A stretch of DNA of 63,881 nt, filler included, from Folioceros fuciformis (taxonomy: Eukaryota): NCBI GenBank assembly GCA_049999805.1. It is 16 parts of 16 records of this genome, joined end to end, with 100 filler letters (N's around TTAATTAATTAA, not from the genome) between each part and the next. Parts side by side here need not be neighbours in the genome. Positions count along the whole stretch, not along the records: positions 47,384 to 53,254 come from JBNGIO010000582.1; positions 53,355 to 57,911 come from JBNGIO010000583.1; positions 58,012 to 62,613 come from JBNGIO010000584.1; 13 more parts are not named here. One strand, written 5' to 3'. The notes under the pieces were generated by a model. That model was not told the origin of the DNA, did not search any database, and was given only the letters and a program-made list of their open reading frames with translations. The translations under genes and the position numbers were made by a program. Position 1 is the first letter of the stretch, and every line of letters starts with the position of its first letter. Positions 50,942-62,713 of the stretch are shown one piece after another.

Positions 50942-52914
50942 GGTATTTCGTTTGATGCAGGACAATCTAACCATGCGTCCTGCGCCTCAAGATCTGTATA
51001 CCCAGGCAAAACTGCAGATCACCCTGGTCGGTCATCTCAAATTCCTGGCATAACATGTCCTTTACCTTGTCAAGCTGACTAGTGCTATTGCTCAAAAGCA
51101 CACAGTCGTCAACATATAAGGCAAGAATTACAAACAGAGAACCATCAGCCAAGTAAAACACGTTGGTGTCTGAAGGTGATTGAGTGAATCCGAGGTTGCA
51201 TAGATACTTCATTATTCGTTTGTACCATGCACGTGGAGACTGCTTAAGACCGTGTATTGTCTTCAACAGCTTATAGACTTTCATGGAAGTTTTTGGACTA
51301 ATATATCCTTGTGGTTGATCCATGTAGAGCGTCTCCTCAAGTTCTCCGTGCAAAAACGCAATGCACACGTCCATTTGTTGTACCTCCAAGTCTTACTCAT
51401 ATGCCATTGCTAGTAGTATGCAAACTGAAGGAGGTTTGGCAGGTGGTGAAAAGGTATCACCATAATCGATTCCAGGAATTTGGCTGAATCCTCTAGCCAC
51501 CAATCATGACTTATAACGGGCAATAGTTCCGTCTGCCTTGAGCTTGGTCTTAAATACCCATTTACAGCTAATGGGCTTCCTTCCTTCAGGTAAGTCGACC
51601 AACTCCCAAGTTTTGCTCTTAATGAGTGAGGCATACTCATCATCAAAGAATTTGCGCCAATGAAGGCCATCAGGGCCATTGATGGCTTCATCATATGTCT
51701 CAGGGTCAGGCCGGACTTCAGGTACAGAAAAGTCTGCTACATGTGCTTGTGATCCCCTTCTAAAGTCTGTAGACTGCTATGGGGGCTCAGACCATTGCTC
51801 ACGAGGTCGTCTGTCCCTTGTGGGGTAACGAGATTCGGCAACAACGTCTAATTCAGTTGCTCCCACTGTTGAGATAGGGAGCACATCCTCATCATCCTCC
51901 AGCACTGAACTAGTGGAATCAGATTGTGCCTCCTGAACATCTAGGAAACCAACATGTAAGTCTGCCGCATTATCATCACTTGTAACATCATTGTCCAGTC
52001 CTTGTGACAGTCCTTCTTCATCAGAATCTGGATAGTCAGCTGGTTGTTGATTAGCAAGTTGTGGTGGAATTGCTGCAGGTACTACATGTTCTACAGCTTC
52101 AGCAGAGGGGTCTAGATCTGTACTTTCATCCTTATGATACACATGTGGGTCAGAATCGTCCATGACAGATGCACAAGTTCCGGAATAAGTCTTCAAACTC
52201 TTCCGTGGTGACGAAGGCTCGTCAAAGGTAACACTACTAGCTAACACCTTTTTCTTGGTTGCTGGCTCATATAGCTTATGTATGCCTTAGACACCTCAGA
52301 GTAACCAAGAAACAATAAGGGCCCCGCCCTATCATCAAGCTTACGTCGTTTCTGTTTAGGTATGCATGCATAGGCTGTGGATCCAAATACTCGCAAGTGA
52401 AGAAGACTCGGTTTCTTCTTCCAAAAGGCTTCGTAAGGAGTTTTACCAGGTACGCTAGTTGTCAACACTCTGTTCAGTATATAAGCAGCTGTTGTAAGGG
52501 CCTCTACCCAATAGTGTTTAGGCAATCCTGCCCATCCTAGCATACTTCTTGTCATGCCCATTAGTGTCTGATTCTCACGCTCGGCTACCCCATTCTGTTG
52601 TTGTGTATAAGGAATCGAGAACTGTCTCATAATTCCTTGTGCTTCAAACAGCTCATCATATTGGAGTCCAACAAACTCATCTCCGTTGTCAATGTGAAAG
52701 CACTTCACTAAGTTTCCAGTCTGTCTTTATACTATAGCAATCCAATTCTCGACACATTCAAAGGCATCATTCTTGAGGCGAAGTGTGTATACCCAAGTGT
52801 AACGTGAATAATCATATGTTAGTGTCAAGTAATACTCTGCCCCTCCTAGTTACTTAACTTGCAGTTTGCCTGCAATATGAGCATGGACAAGTTCTAACAC
52901 TGCATTTGCCCTCT
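50942..52914 (-). mobile_element. Copia integrase-RT fragment
   Basis: [37 protein letters not shown]. Confidence 0.93.
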
Positions 52915-53254
52915 TGTGAACCTCCAAAGTTTGGGGTAGTAGTTTGTTTTGGTTGAAAAATGGTTAATAGTGGTATGGTTTGGTTTTCTTTTTCCTAATT
53001 TTTCTTTATTTTCTGGTCATTTTTCCTATTTTTCTTTGTGCTAATTAGCTTAATTGACTAGGAAATAGTTGGTTTGGTTATTAGAGTGGGTACAGGTGTG
53101 AACCTCCAAAGTTTGGGGTAGTAGTTTGTTTTGGTTGAAAAAGGGTTAATAGTGGTATGGTTTGGTTTTCTTTTTCAACTTATTTTCCCTAATTTTCCTT
53201 GATTTTCTGGTCATTTTTCCTATTTTTCTTTGTGCTAATTGGGTTAATTGACCA
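52915..53254 (+). repeat. Repeat family R1 copies 5 (from 52915) and 6 (from 53097, nested in copy 5)
   Basis: TGTGAACCTCCAAAGTTTGGGG occurs twice, 182 nt apart; the two copies differ by a small indel and substitutions. Confidence 0.9.
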
Positions 53255-53354
53255 NNNNNNNNNNNNNNNNNNNNNNNNNNNNNNNNNNNNNNNNNNNNTT
53301 AATTAATTAANNNNNNNNNNNNNNNNNNNNNNNNNNNNNNNNNNNNNNNNNNNN

Positions 53355-53410
53355 GTGGCCACTAAAGGTGGGACCCGTCGGCAATCAGTGCCCGGGGTTT
53401 TGCCTCCACA
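53355..53410 (-). repeat. Repeat family R2, 'B' terminus
   Basis: Ends ...TTTTGCCTCCACA and abuts Copia RT. Confidence 0.85.
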
Positions 53411-56400
53411 AGGTCCCAAGCGTTTGCTGCAGCTAGAGCAAGTATCATGCGAATAGACTGGGTCTTCACCACCGGACTGAAAGTCTCTGTGAAGTCAATG
53501 CCTGGAATCTGGGACCCCTAGCCACAAGCCTAGACTTGTATCGAGCAATCTCACCCTGAGCATTTAATTTATGTTTGAAGACCCACTTGCAGCTGACAAC
53601 TTTCCGACCTTTAGGTAAGGGGCACAATTCCCATGTATCGTTCTTTATCAAGGAGTCATACTCGTCCTTGATCGAGGGGATCTAGTGTGCCTTGTCAGCG
53701 CCCGTGATTGCCTCCCGATATGACTTGGGTTCAGGCTTGATGAAGAGTGGATTGCTGACAGAAGACTTGGATTTTGGCAGGGCTACTCCAGCTCTAGGAC
53801 GTCGAAAGTCAAAAGAAGCATATGGAGGTTCTGTCCACTGCGCGGGAGGATTCCTGCTGCGCTGAGGATAACGACGTTCTTCAGGCTGGGTAACTACGGG
53901 AACTTCAGCCACATCATCATCGTCAGAAGCAGAACCAGGTAAATTATCATTCAAGTCTGAATCAGTGGAGTGGACAGAGATATCTTCTGCAGCTAGATCA
54001 TGTTGAGCCTCATCCTCTGCTGCAGGCTGTTCCCTGACATCATTAGTATCAGAATCTTGGTCTTCTGGAGCCAAGTGAGCAGGCAGTGCTTCATGAGCAG
54101 CTGGATCAGGAGCCTGAAAGTCTGCCATAGCAGGGTCATTGGCCTGTGGATGTGCAGGACCCGCTCCAGGGTTTTGCACAGCTGCAGGAGCCTCAATGAG
54201 CACGACTCCAGGTGTGTCGTCTTGTGGAAATTCGGATGAATCTTCCATGTTTGCCAAGTCCACATGAGTTACTCTTTCACTGTTGTCTGACATGTGATCA
54301 AAGTATGGCTTGGCAGGACACACAAGTTCCTTGAAGGTCACGCTTCTGGCAAAGACTGCTGTCGAGGTAAGGGGGTCAAGCAACTTATAAGCTTTAGCCT
54401 CTTCACCATATCCCACAAAGACAAGTGGGCGTGCTCTATCTTCTAATTTTCGTCGCCGCTCTTCAGGGATATATGCATATGCTGGGGAGCCGAATACCCG
54501 CAGATGCAGCAGGCTGGGCTTCCTTCGCCATATTACCTCAAACGGAGTTTGGCCATCCACAGCACTTGTAAGAAGCCTATTAAGAAGATAAGTCGCTGTA
54601 ACCACTGCCTCTGCCCAGTATGCTTTGCTCAAACCTGCCCATTCTAACATACTTCTCGTCATTCCTAGCAGAGTCTGGTTACGACGTTCAGCAACACCGT
54701 TCTACTGCTGTGTATAAGGTACAATCAGCTGTCGTACAACTCCCTTTTCCAGCAGAAACTGGTTGAAGTGAGCATGGGTAAACTCTCCCCCGTTGTCAGT
54801 ACGAAGCTGTTGGAGCAAGCATCCCGTCTGCCTCTCCGCCATCACCAACCATTCCTGAAAGACCTCAAACGTATCCGACTTCAACCGGAGAGGGTATGTC
54901 CAGGAGTATCTACTAAAGTCGTCAGTGATGGTAAGGTAATATAGGGCACCACCTAGAGAGGGGACATGAATCTTGCCTGAAATGTCCGCATGTACTAACT
55001 CTAGTACCTGTGATGCGCGATGAGCCACAGATTTAGGAAAGGGAATTTCCTTTTGCTTGGCTATGACGCAGGCATCACAAAGAGGTAAGTCTCGAAAACA
55101 TTTTGGCAAGGGCTCTCTATAGCAGTTCAAGTTCGACATTTTTAGCAACTTGTCTCGATTAGCATGACCTAATCTAGCATGCCATAAGCTGGCTTGAGCA
55201 GACTGTGATAGGTGGGCGGCATGCACAGACTCAGGGGGAATGCATGTGAGATCAAGCTGGTACAGGTCATGAAAGAGATGTCCTTTAGCTACGACCTGTC
55301 CATCCCCCCCTCGCTTCTTAAGTTCACAACTATGAGAAGTGAAGAGGAGGTCGTACTCTCTAGAAGACATGAGTTGACTGACTGAAAGGAGGTGCTTGGC
55401 CATGAGGGGAACGTGCAGGACGTTGTCAAGATGGAGGATGGACCCATCGTGCAACCGAAAACGACATGTGCCAGACCCAGCAATGTGCAGACCTGTACGG
55501 GTAAGCTCATCCCCCAGCAAGACCTTATCAGACGTGTGAGAAGGTCGATAGTGACTTAGTAGATTTCTGTCATTGCAGATATGGGAGGTTGCCCCAGAAT
55601 CTAAGTACCAACTATGAGGGGAAGGAGGACCTACAGACGATGCGAAACAAACTGTCATAACGACAGGAGGTTTGTTAGCAATTGATGAAGGCTTAGCGAC
55701 AGTGTGGGCCTCAGCCTGCTTAGGCTTCTCGACCTTACGAGCTTCGCCAGCTTTCTTTTTTCTGCAGTCCCTCTCCCAGTGGCCCTGGATGCCACACCAA
55801 TTGCAGGATCCAGGCCGCTTGCTGGAGGAAGGTCCAGAAGGTGAATCACCAGAAGGTGGCCTTCCCTTCTGTCCTTTATGCTGCTTCTGTCCTTTAGTAT
55901 AAAGGACCTTGTCTGTTTTTGTTTTGCCACCCTGTGGTGTAGAATGAAGCCGGCTTTGCTCCTCTTGCAGGAGGGCACCAATCACGTCCACAAGGCTGAT
56001 TTGTGGTGCCTTGCCAGCAGCTACAGCTTTGTCTGCCGCGCGAATGGAAGCTCCAAAGCCGGAAACGATAGTCTGGTAACTGGGTGGTAAGCAAGTGAGG
56101 AGTTGGGCGACAGCATCCAACTCAGGGAACTGAGATCCTAGGTTCAAGAGCTGAGCCCGTAACTGTCGAAACTTGACGACGAAGGGTCCCACCTTCTCGC
56201 CTTCTTTAAGTCTCATTGAGAACAGTTCTCCACGGATTGCACACTGTGTAAGTATGTCCTTTGCCTCGTACGTTTGTAGCAGTTGTGTCCAGATTTCGTT
56301 GGAGTCTTGCAGGTAAGCCACATCAGGTAGAAGTACCTCATCAAGTCCACTAATCAGGACCGCACGAGCAACATGATTCAGGTTGTCCCATTTTTCAATT

Positions 56401-57911
56401 TCATCCGCTGGAGCAGTTGATGCTGGTTTAGGAATGGAGCCACTAGCAATGCCCCACACGTGCCGCGCCTGCAGAGCAGCTGTCATGCGAACACGCCATC
56501 CATGAAATTTCGTGCCATTAAAGCGGTCTTTCTCCTTAAACTCCATAGAGAACGACGGTGCTGAAATCATAGGCACTGGTGGGAGAGGTAAGACAACCAC
56601 TCCTCCCCCTCCACCTCCTGCGCTACCTCCTCCTCTCCCTCCACTTCCGCCTCCTACCCCTGTGACCATGCTGACCTGCTTTGTGAAGAAAGGCTAATCC
56701 GGATGATCAGGCCGGAACAGGTTCTTCAAAAAGTGGGTCAAGATGGCTGAAAGGTGGAGCAACGAGCAAGGTGGAAGGGGTTTGCAGCGAGGTCAGATGC
56801 CACAGGACACCGCGATGGGTGTCGGTTGACGGTTAGAGTCAATGTATGGCTGACGTGGTGTTCTTCGCATGGCTGATTGCAGGGTCGCGTCCTGTGGATT
56901 CTTGCTGCGGGCAGACACCAGTGACTGAAGGCGCCTCCCGCCAGAAAGCACAGCGAACACGGAACCCCTATGCGCGCCCTACCGCGTTGAGGACAACGCT
57001 TGAAATCTGGGCTTCTCGCGAGCAGGGGCAAGCGCACGGAGCAGGTCTGTTGAGGCAGGATTCTGGCCCAATTCTTGCGCTGATTTCCTTTGCAATTCAG
57101 TCACGAGATCATTGAGTTTCCTGACATCCTCAATCAGCGTTGTCTGCTTGCTGCAGAAAGAGGTCAATCGCGGCTAAGGTTTCTTGATGACGCGCGGTGT
57201 GCACTTCACCCTGTCGAGAAAGCACAGTAAGCAAAGTTGATTCTGTGGTGTTCAACCTTCCACTCAGCACTCGGTAGGCTCCAACTATCTCCGGCAGGTT
57301 AGTGGCCCGAGATCGGAATGTTTCCCGCAAATCGTCCTCATACGAATCTCGAAATTCAGGATGTCTCTGTATGTGCACCCTGGTTGAAGTCCGAGATAAA
57401 GGCAATGTGTACAGTATATCTTCCTGGCCTGCATGATAGTTTCGTATGGTCCTGGAAGCCTGATCCTGATGCCTTGTTGTGGGTCGATTGCAGGATAACG
57501 GGGACGACTGCTCACCGCGGGAACGCCCCCGTCGTGTCATCTTTAGTTAGAGCGACATGATCTGCTGTATAGCGACAGTCAGATACGCGCAGCGAAAGTC
57601 TCTGATTTGCTGTCATGCGTGTTCTTAATCAGACTATCTTGCTAATATGGTAATGCAGGTAGTAAGAAAGATTTTCGACACATGATCCTGGAATCACAAT
57701 TTCTGTGATTCAAGGATTCTGTGTCCTATAATCTATTCTTACTACATTCGTCTATCATAGCCAAATACACTAATGCAGACAGTAAAATAAGATAATGTAT
57801 CATAGCCAAAGCTCTGATACCATGTTGATAAAATCAGATGTACTCATGCGCACAAAGTGCTGGTAATGAAAAAAAGTTATATTAATGAATATACAAAGTG
57901 TCTTATATATC
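53411..57911 (-). mobile_element. Relatively young Copia: 5' LTR (57823 to gap), PBS (57811-57822), upstream ORF, gag-PR-IN-partial RT
   Basis: 655-aa ORF 54702-56669 continues in the same frame through two TAG codons (54702, 53682). Contains CNWCGIQGHWERDC, WYLDSGATSH and TDNGGEF. Clearly related to 14018-20354. Confidence 0.96.
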
Positions 57912-58011
57912 NNNNNNNNNNNNNNNNNNNNNNNNNNNNNNNNNNNNNNNNNNNNTTAATTAATTAANNNNNNNNNNNNNNNNNNNNNNNNNNNNNNNNN
58001 NNNNNNNNNNN

Positions 58012-58133
58012 GTGTGATAGGTAGTGTTCCTTGGCACTAGTTCACTCCCTTGGGAGCGAACCACAAGACTGCAACGACAAGAAGGGGATGTGTGGCCCTT
58101 GGGTGGTTCTTGGGTGCAGGAAATCACTCCACA
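58012..58133 (-). repeat. Repeat family R2, 'A' terminus, inserted at the end of Copia RNase H
   Basis: Reverse complement begins TGTGGAGTGATTTCCTGCACCCAAGAACC. Confidence 0.85.
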
Positions 58134-61100
58134 TGTATCTACTACAATCCACCAAACCAAGCCCTTCGTTGTGAAAACAGTGTTTGAACTTAGGCAAGGA
58201 CTTGGTCAGGACATTTGCTGTGTTGTCGTCGGTAGGTATATATTGAACCTTGACGATACCTCTTTCAGCAGCATCCCTAATATAATGATGTTGAATTTCT
58301 ATATGCTTGGTGCGTGCATGGAAGACGGGGTTAGCACCCAAAGCAATTGCTGACATGTTGTCACAATGCAAGACTGTTGGCCCTTCTTGCTTCATACCCA
58401 AGTCTTCACAAAGCTTCCTTTCCCACTCAGCCTCCTTAGTGGCTTCGGTGAGTGCCTTGTACTCAGACTCTATGGAAGACAGGGAGATGGCTGCTTGTTT
58501 CTACATGACCAATTAACTACAGAGGAGTTGGCCAGAAACAATAAGCTGATATACTTTTTCGAGTGTCTACATCGGAAGCCCAATCTGCATCTACATAACA
58601 AGTTAGCTGCAGATGCTTCTTCCCGCTTGGCATATAGCAAAGGCCATAATTAGGTGTACCCTTAAGGTACCTCATAATTCGCTTGATAGCAACCCAGTGA
58701 TCCTTTCCTGGGTTTTCAGAGAACTGGGCAACAGCGTTGACTGTGTTGGATATATCGGGTCTTGTCTGATTACTCAGGAACATAAGGGTGCCAACTACCA
58801 TGCGATAAGGAATATTTTCCATCTCCTTTTTGTCTTCTTCATATTGGGGACATGAGGCAAATGAGAGCTTGACTCCAAACGCACCTGGGGTGGTTGACGC
58901 CCTAGCATTCTCCATGTTGAAGCGTTTGAGCATACCGTCTACATATCTCCCTTGGTGAAGATAGATAGCACCTGTGGTATCCCTATGTACATGCATGCCA
59001 AGGATATACTTAACCGTTCCCAGGTCCTTCATCTCGAATTCCCTGCTAAGGTTAGCTTTTATCTTGTTAACTAGTTCAACGTTATTGCCTAGAATGACAT
59101 CTATGTAGAGTGCAACTAGAACAAGTGAGCTATCCTTGCGTCGCACATAAATATTAGTATCTGCTTCATTTTGAACAAAACCTATTTTCTTAAGATATGA
59201 CTCCATTCTCTCATACCACAGTCGTGGGCTTTGCTTAAGGCCATAAATTGAGCGATTAAGTTTACACACCTTTTGTGGACAAGCCTTATCTTCATAATCC
59301 TCGGGTTGATCCATGTAGATCTCTTCCTTAAGATGACCATAGAGAAAGGCTGTACACACATCAAGCTGATAGATCAAGTTTAGTTCAGCACATAAAGCAA
59401 GGAGCATTCTAATTGATGCAGCCTTGACGATGGGTGAGTAGACCTTATCGCCTTGATAATCCACTCCCTCTTTCTGACTATATCCCTTAGCTACTAATCT
59501 CCCCTTGTAGCGAATTCGTGTCTCTACTTCCTGGAACTTAGTTTTAAGAACCCATTTGTACTTGACAGTGATCCTACCCTTAGGCAGACTAACCAAAGTC
59601 CAAGTGTTGTTTTTAAGTAATGAGTTGTACTCATCATCAATAGCCAGCTTCCATTTGGCTGCCTCGGGTCTCGAGTAAGCCTCCTATAAGGTGCAGCAGC
59701 AACACTTAAGGCATAGAGAGCATCCGAAGAATTAACATAGGTTAAGCTAGCTTGATTAAACTCAATATCAAATGGTTGTTCCTTCCAGAGATGCCTAGGC
59801 TGGCACACACGAGTAGGATATCTACGCTCAGGAGCAGCCGGGGGCCTAGGTAGGGATGGAGGAGTGACAGGTGCTTGAGGAATATCATGGGGCCCCATGT
59901 GTTCAAAATCAACATGCTCAACATCACCTTGTTCCGTACGTGGGTCCTCAGATACTACCTTGTGGTCTATTTCCATGTCCCCCTCTCGAGCAGGAACAGG
60001 TGACTCAGGAGCAGGCTGCACTTAGGGAGCAGGACCAGCAATAGGCGGCACCAGAACTGCTTGAGGGATAGGAGCCACAGGAGAAGGAGGAACACTAATA
60101 GTCGGAAAAGTAAAGGGATGAACAAAGTGATCAATAGAAGTATCACCAGAAGAGCGAGGAGTGCTCGAGCCAAAGAAAGCACCATCTTGCACGTCAAGAG
60201 GAGACTCAAATGACGTCGCAAGAGCAAGCACTATCTTAGCTTCATCAAAGGTGACAGTGCAGGCATAGATAGGAATCCGAGAGTCCAAATCCACGAGCTT
60301 GTAGGCTTTGCAGTCATCGCCATAACCAACAAACACCAACTTGCGAGCACGAGCATCAAGCTTGTCGCGAAGCTGTGGTGGGACAAGAACAAGGCAGGGC
60401 AACCAAAAACACAAAGATGTGAAATTAAAGGCTTGCTCCCATGCCAACACTCATAAGGAGTACGGCCAGAAACCGAATTGGTGAGGACTCCGTTCTTAAT
60501 ATACAGTGCAGTAGACACAGCCTCAGCCCAAAAGGACTTGGGCAGCTGGGACTGTGCCAGCATGGCACGAGCCATGGACATCAAATCGCCATTGGCCTTC
60601 TCAGCAATGCCATTCTGCTCAGAAGTGTAGGGCACTGTAAACTGACGCAAGACACCACCCTGCTCGCAGAAGTCGCAAAACTGATGGTTGTTTAGTTCTC
60701 CCGCATTGTCGGAGTGAATACACCGAAGTTTATGGCCAGTCTATAACTCAGCCATAGTAACAAAGGGTGAGAACACATTAAACGAGTCACTCTTAAGACG
60801 GATAGGAAAGGCAAACGTATATCGACTAAAGTCATCCACAACAGTCATAAAGTGATTTGCTCCGCCTAAAGACGAGACAAGTAGAGGACCACATAAATCA
60901 ACGTGGACCAAATCAAGAGGTGTCAAAGATCGACGAGCAGGAAGAGTAGGATAAGGGGAACTTTGTTGTTTAGCAAGGACACAAGCTTTGCAGAGAGGCT
61001 GTGTTGATGGAAGCTTAGGAAGTTTACCCCGATACAGGTCCTGCTGGGAGGTGGCAAGCAGTCGAGCAGGGTTGAGTTGACCGAGTCGGTAATGCCACAA

Positions 61101-62613
61101 GAGAGCTACACCTGGATGCGAGCTCCTATGAGGCTGGTCTCCTTGAGAGGAAACCACCGTAGAGGTAGCCGCTGAAGGCACGGGCTTGCCTGAAAAGACA
61201 TATAAATCATGACGAGGACGACCTTTAGCAACAATAATCTAGGGGTTAGAAGTCCGAGATAACAGACAATCTCCAGGGCCAAAGTTGAGGCGAAAGGATC
61301 CGTCCCGCATGAGCTGTCTAACAGAGATAAGATTCTTGGCCATCTGGGGAACACGTAGCACATTAGTAAGAAACAGCAAGGAACCATCATCCAAAGTGAA
61401 GGTGACGGAACCATGTCCCGCAATAGAAAGGCCAGAGTCATCCTCAAGTAGTACGAAACGCTGAGTATTAGCAGACGTTGCATACGTAGCGAACATCAAC
61501 TTGTGGCTACAAATATGCGCTAACGCGGCAGAATCTATCAGCCAGGAACTCTTGTACTCAAAGGTCACAAGACAAACAGTGAGAGCAACGCCAGGGATAG
61601 AATGGTTCTTGGCCTTAGTCAAAACCGCCATGGTATTTGCCGTGCGAGGTTCGCGCTTGGCCTCACCAGCTTGCTTCTTCCTGCACTCCCTTTCCCAATG
61701 ACCTGGGGATTGGCACTTATTGCACGTACCTTGCCGCCTTGGTGTCTTTGACGAAGAGGTTGCTGAGGAAGCAGGCTTAGGAGTACCTGTGGAGTTATTC
61801 CTTCGATTGTTATTATTATAAGAATTCTTACGCTACGATTGCTGTCCTTTGGAGACGAACATGACCCTCTCTCCTCCATGTTTGGAGGTCCCGACATTGA
61901 CCCTGGCAGACTCCTCTTGAAGGAGTGCTCCAGCGATCTCGGACACGGTGATGTTGGGAACCATACCCAACTACACAACCTGATGTGCATTTCTCACCGT
62001 TTGGTTTTGAGAGGAGACAAATGTCTGGTAGCTAGCCGGGAAGCTAGCCAATAACTAAACAGCAGCTTCAAATTCGGTCATGATTGTTCCAAGAGCAGCA
62101 AGCTGGGCTCGCAAATATCAAAACTTGCTAACGTGCTGAGCAACGCTGTCATTGGGGCCCATGCGCAAAGAATAGAATTCCAGGCGTACCGTGACCAGCG
62201 TCATCACGTTAGTGGACTGATAGATGTCAGTGATTTGCTTCCAAGCTTCAGTAGATGTGGACGCACCATCCGTGTGATGTAAGGTAACCTCGTCGAGGCC
62301 AGAGATCAACATCTGCATAGCCTGTTGATCTTGACGAACCCAAGCATCCATGGCAGCCGGATTAGCGGAGGGCTTGGGAATGGTTCCTTCCACAATGGGG
62401 AGAAGATCCCGAGTGCTGAGCGCAGTCTTCATGCGCTTTGACCACACCTCAAACTTCGTACCATTAAATCTATCCTTTTCCTTGAAGTCAGTATTGATAT
62501 GAACAATGTTGAAGTAAGGTTGAAGTGGGGGAATACCAGCTGGTGGTGGAGGCGGTGGGTTGCCTGCTGGGCCACCAGAAGGTGGTGGGTCAATGGTTTG
62601 CCCACCTGGAGGG
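58134..62613 (-). mobile_element. Decayed Copia gag-PR-IN-RT-RH; no LTRs in view
   Basis: WLIDSAALAH, LWHYRLG, VHVDLCGP, EQNGIAEK, YGLKQS, CYVDADWA, FHARTKHIEI; many frameshifts. Confidence 0.95.
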
Positions 62614-62713
62614 NNNNNNNNNNNNNNNNNNNNNNNNNNNNNNNNNNNNNNNNNNNNTTAATTAATTAANNNNNNNNNNNNNNNNNNNNNNNNNNNNNNN
62701 NNNNNNNNNNNNN

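Noticed and set aside
52911-52914. CTCT beside R1 here and at 47852-47855 as a 4-bp target-site duplication
   Set aside because: The two flanks are different genes of different Copia families, so they cannot be one target site; a chance match.
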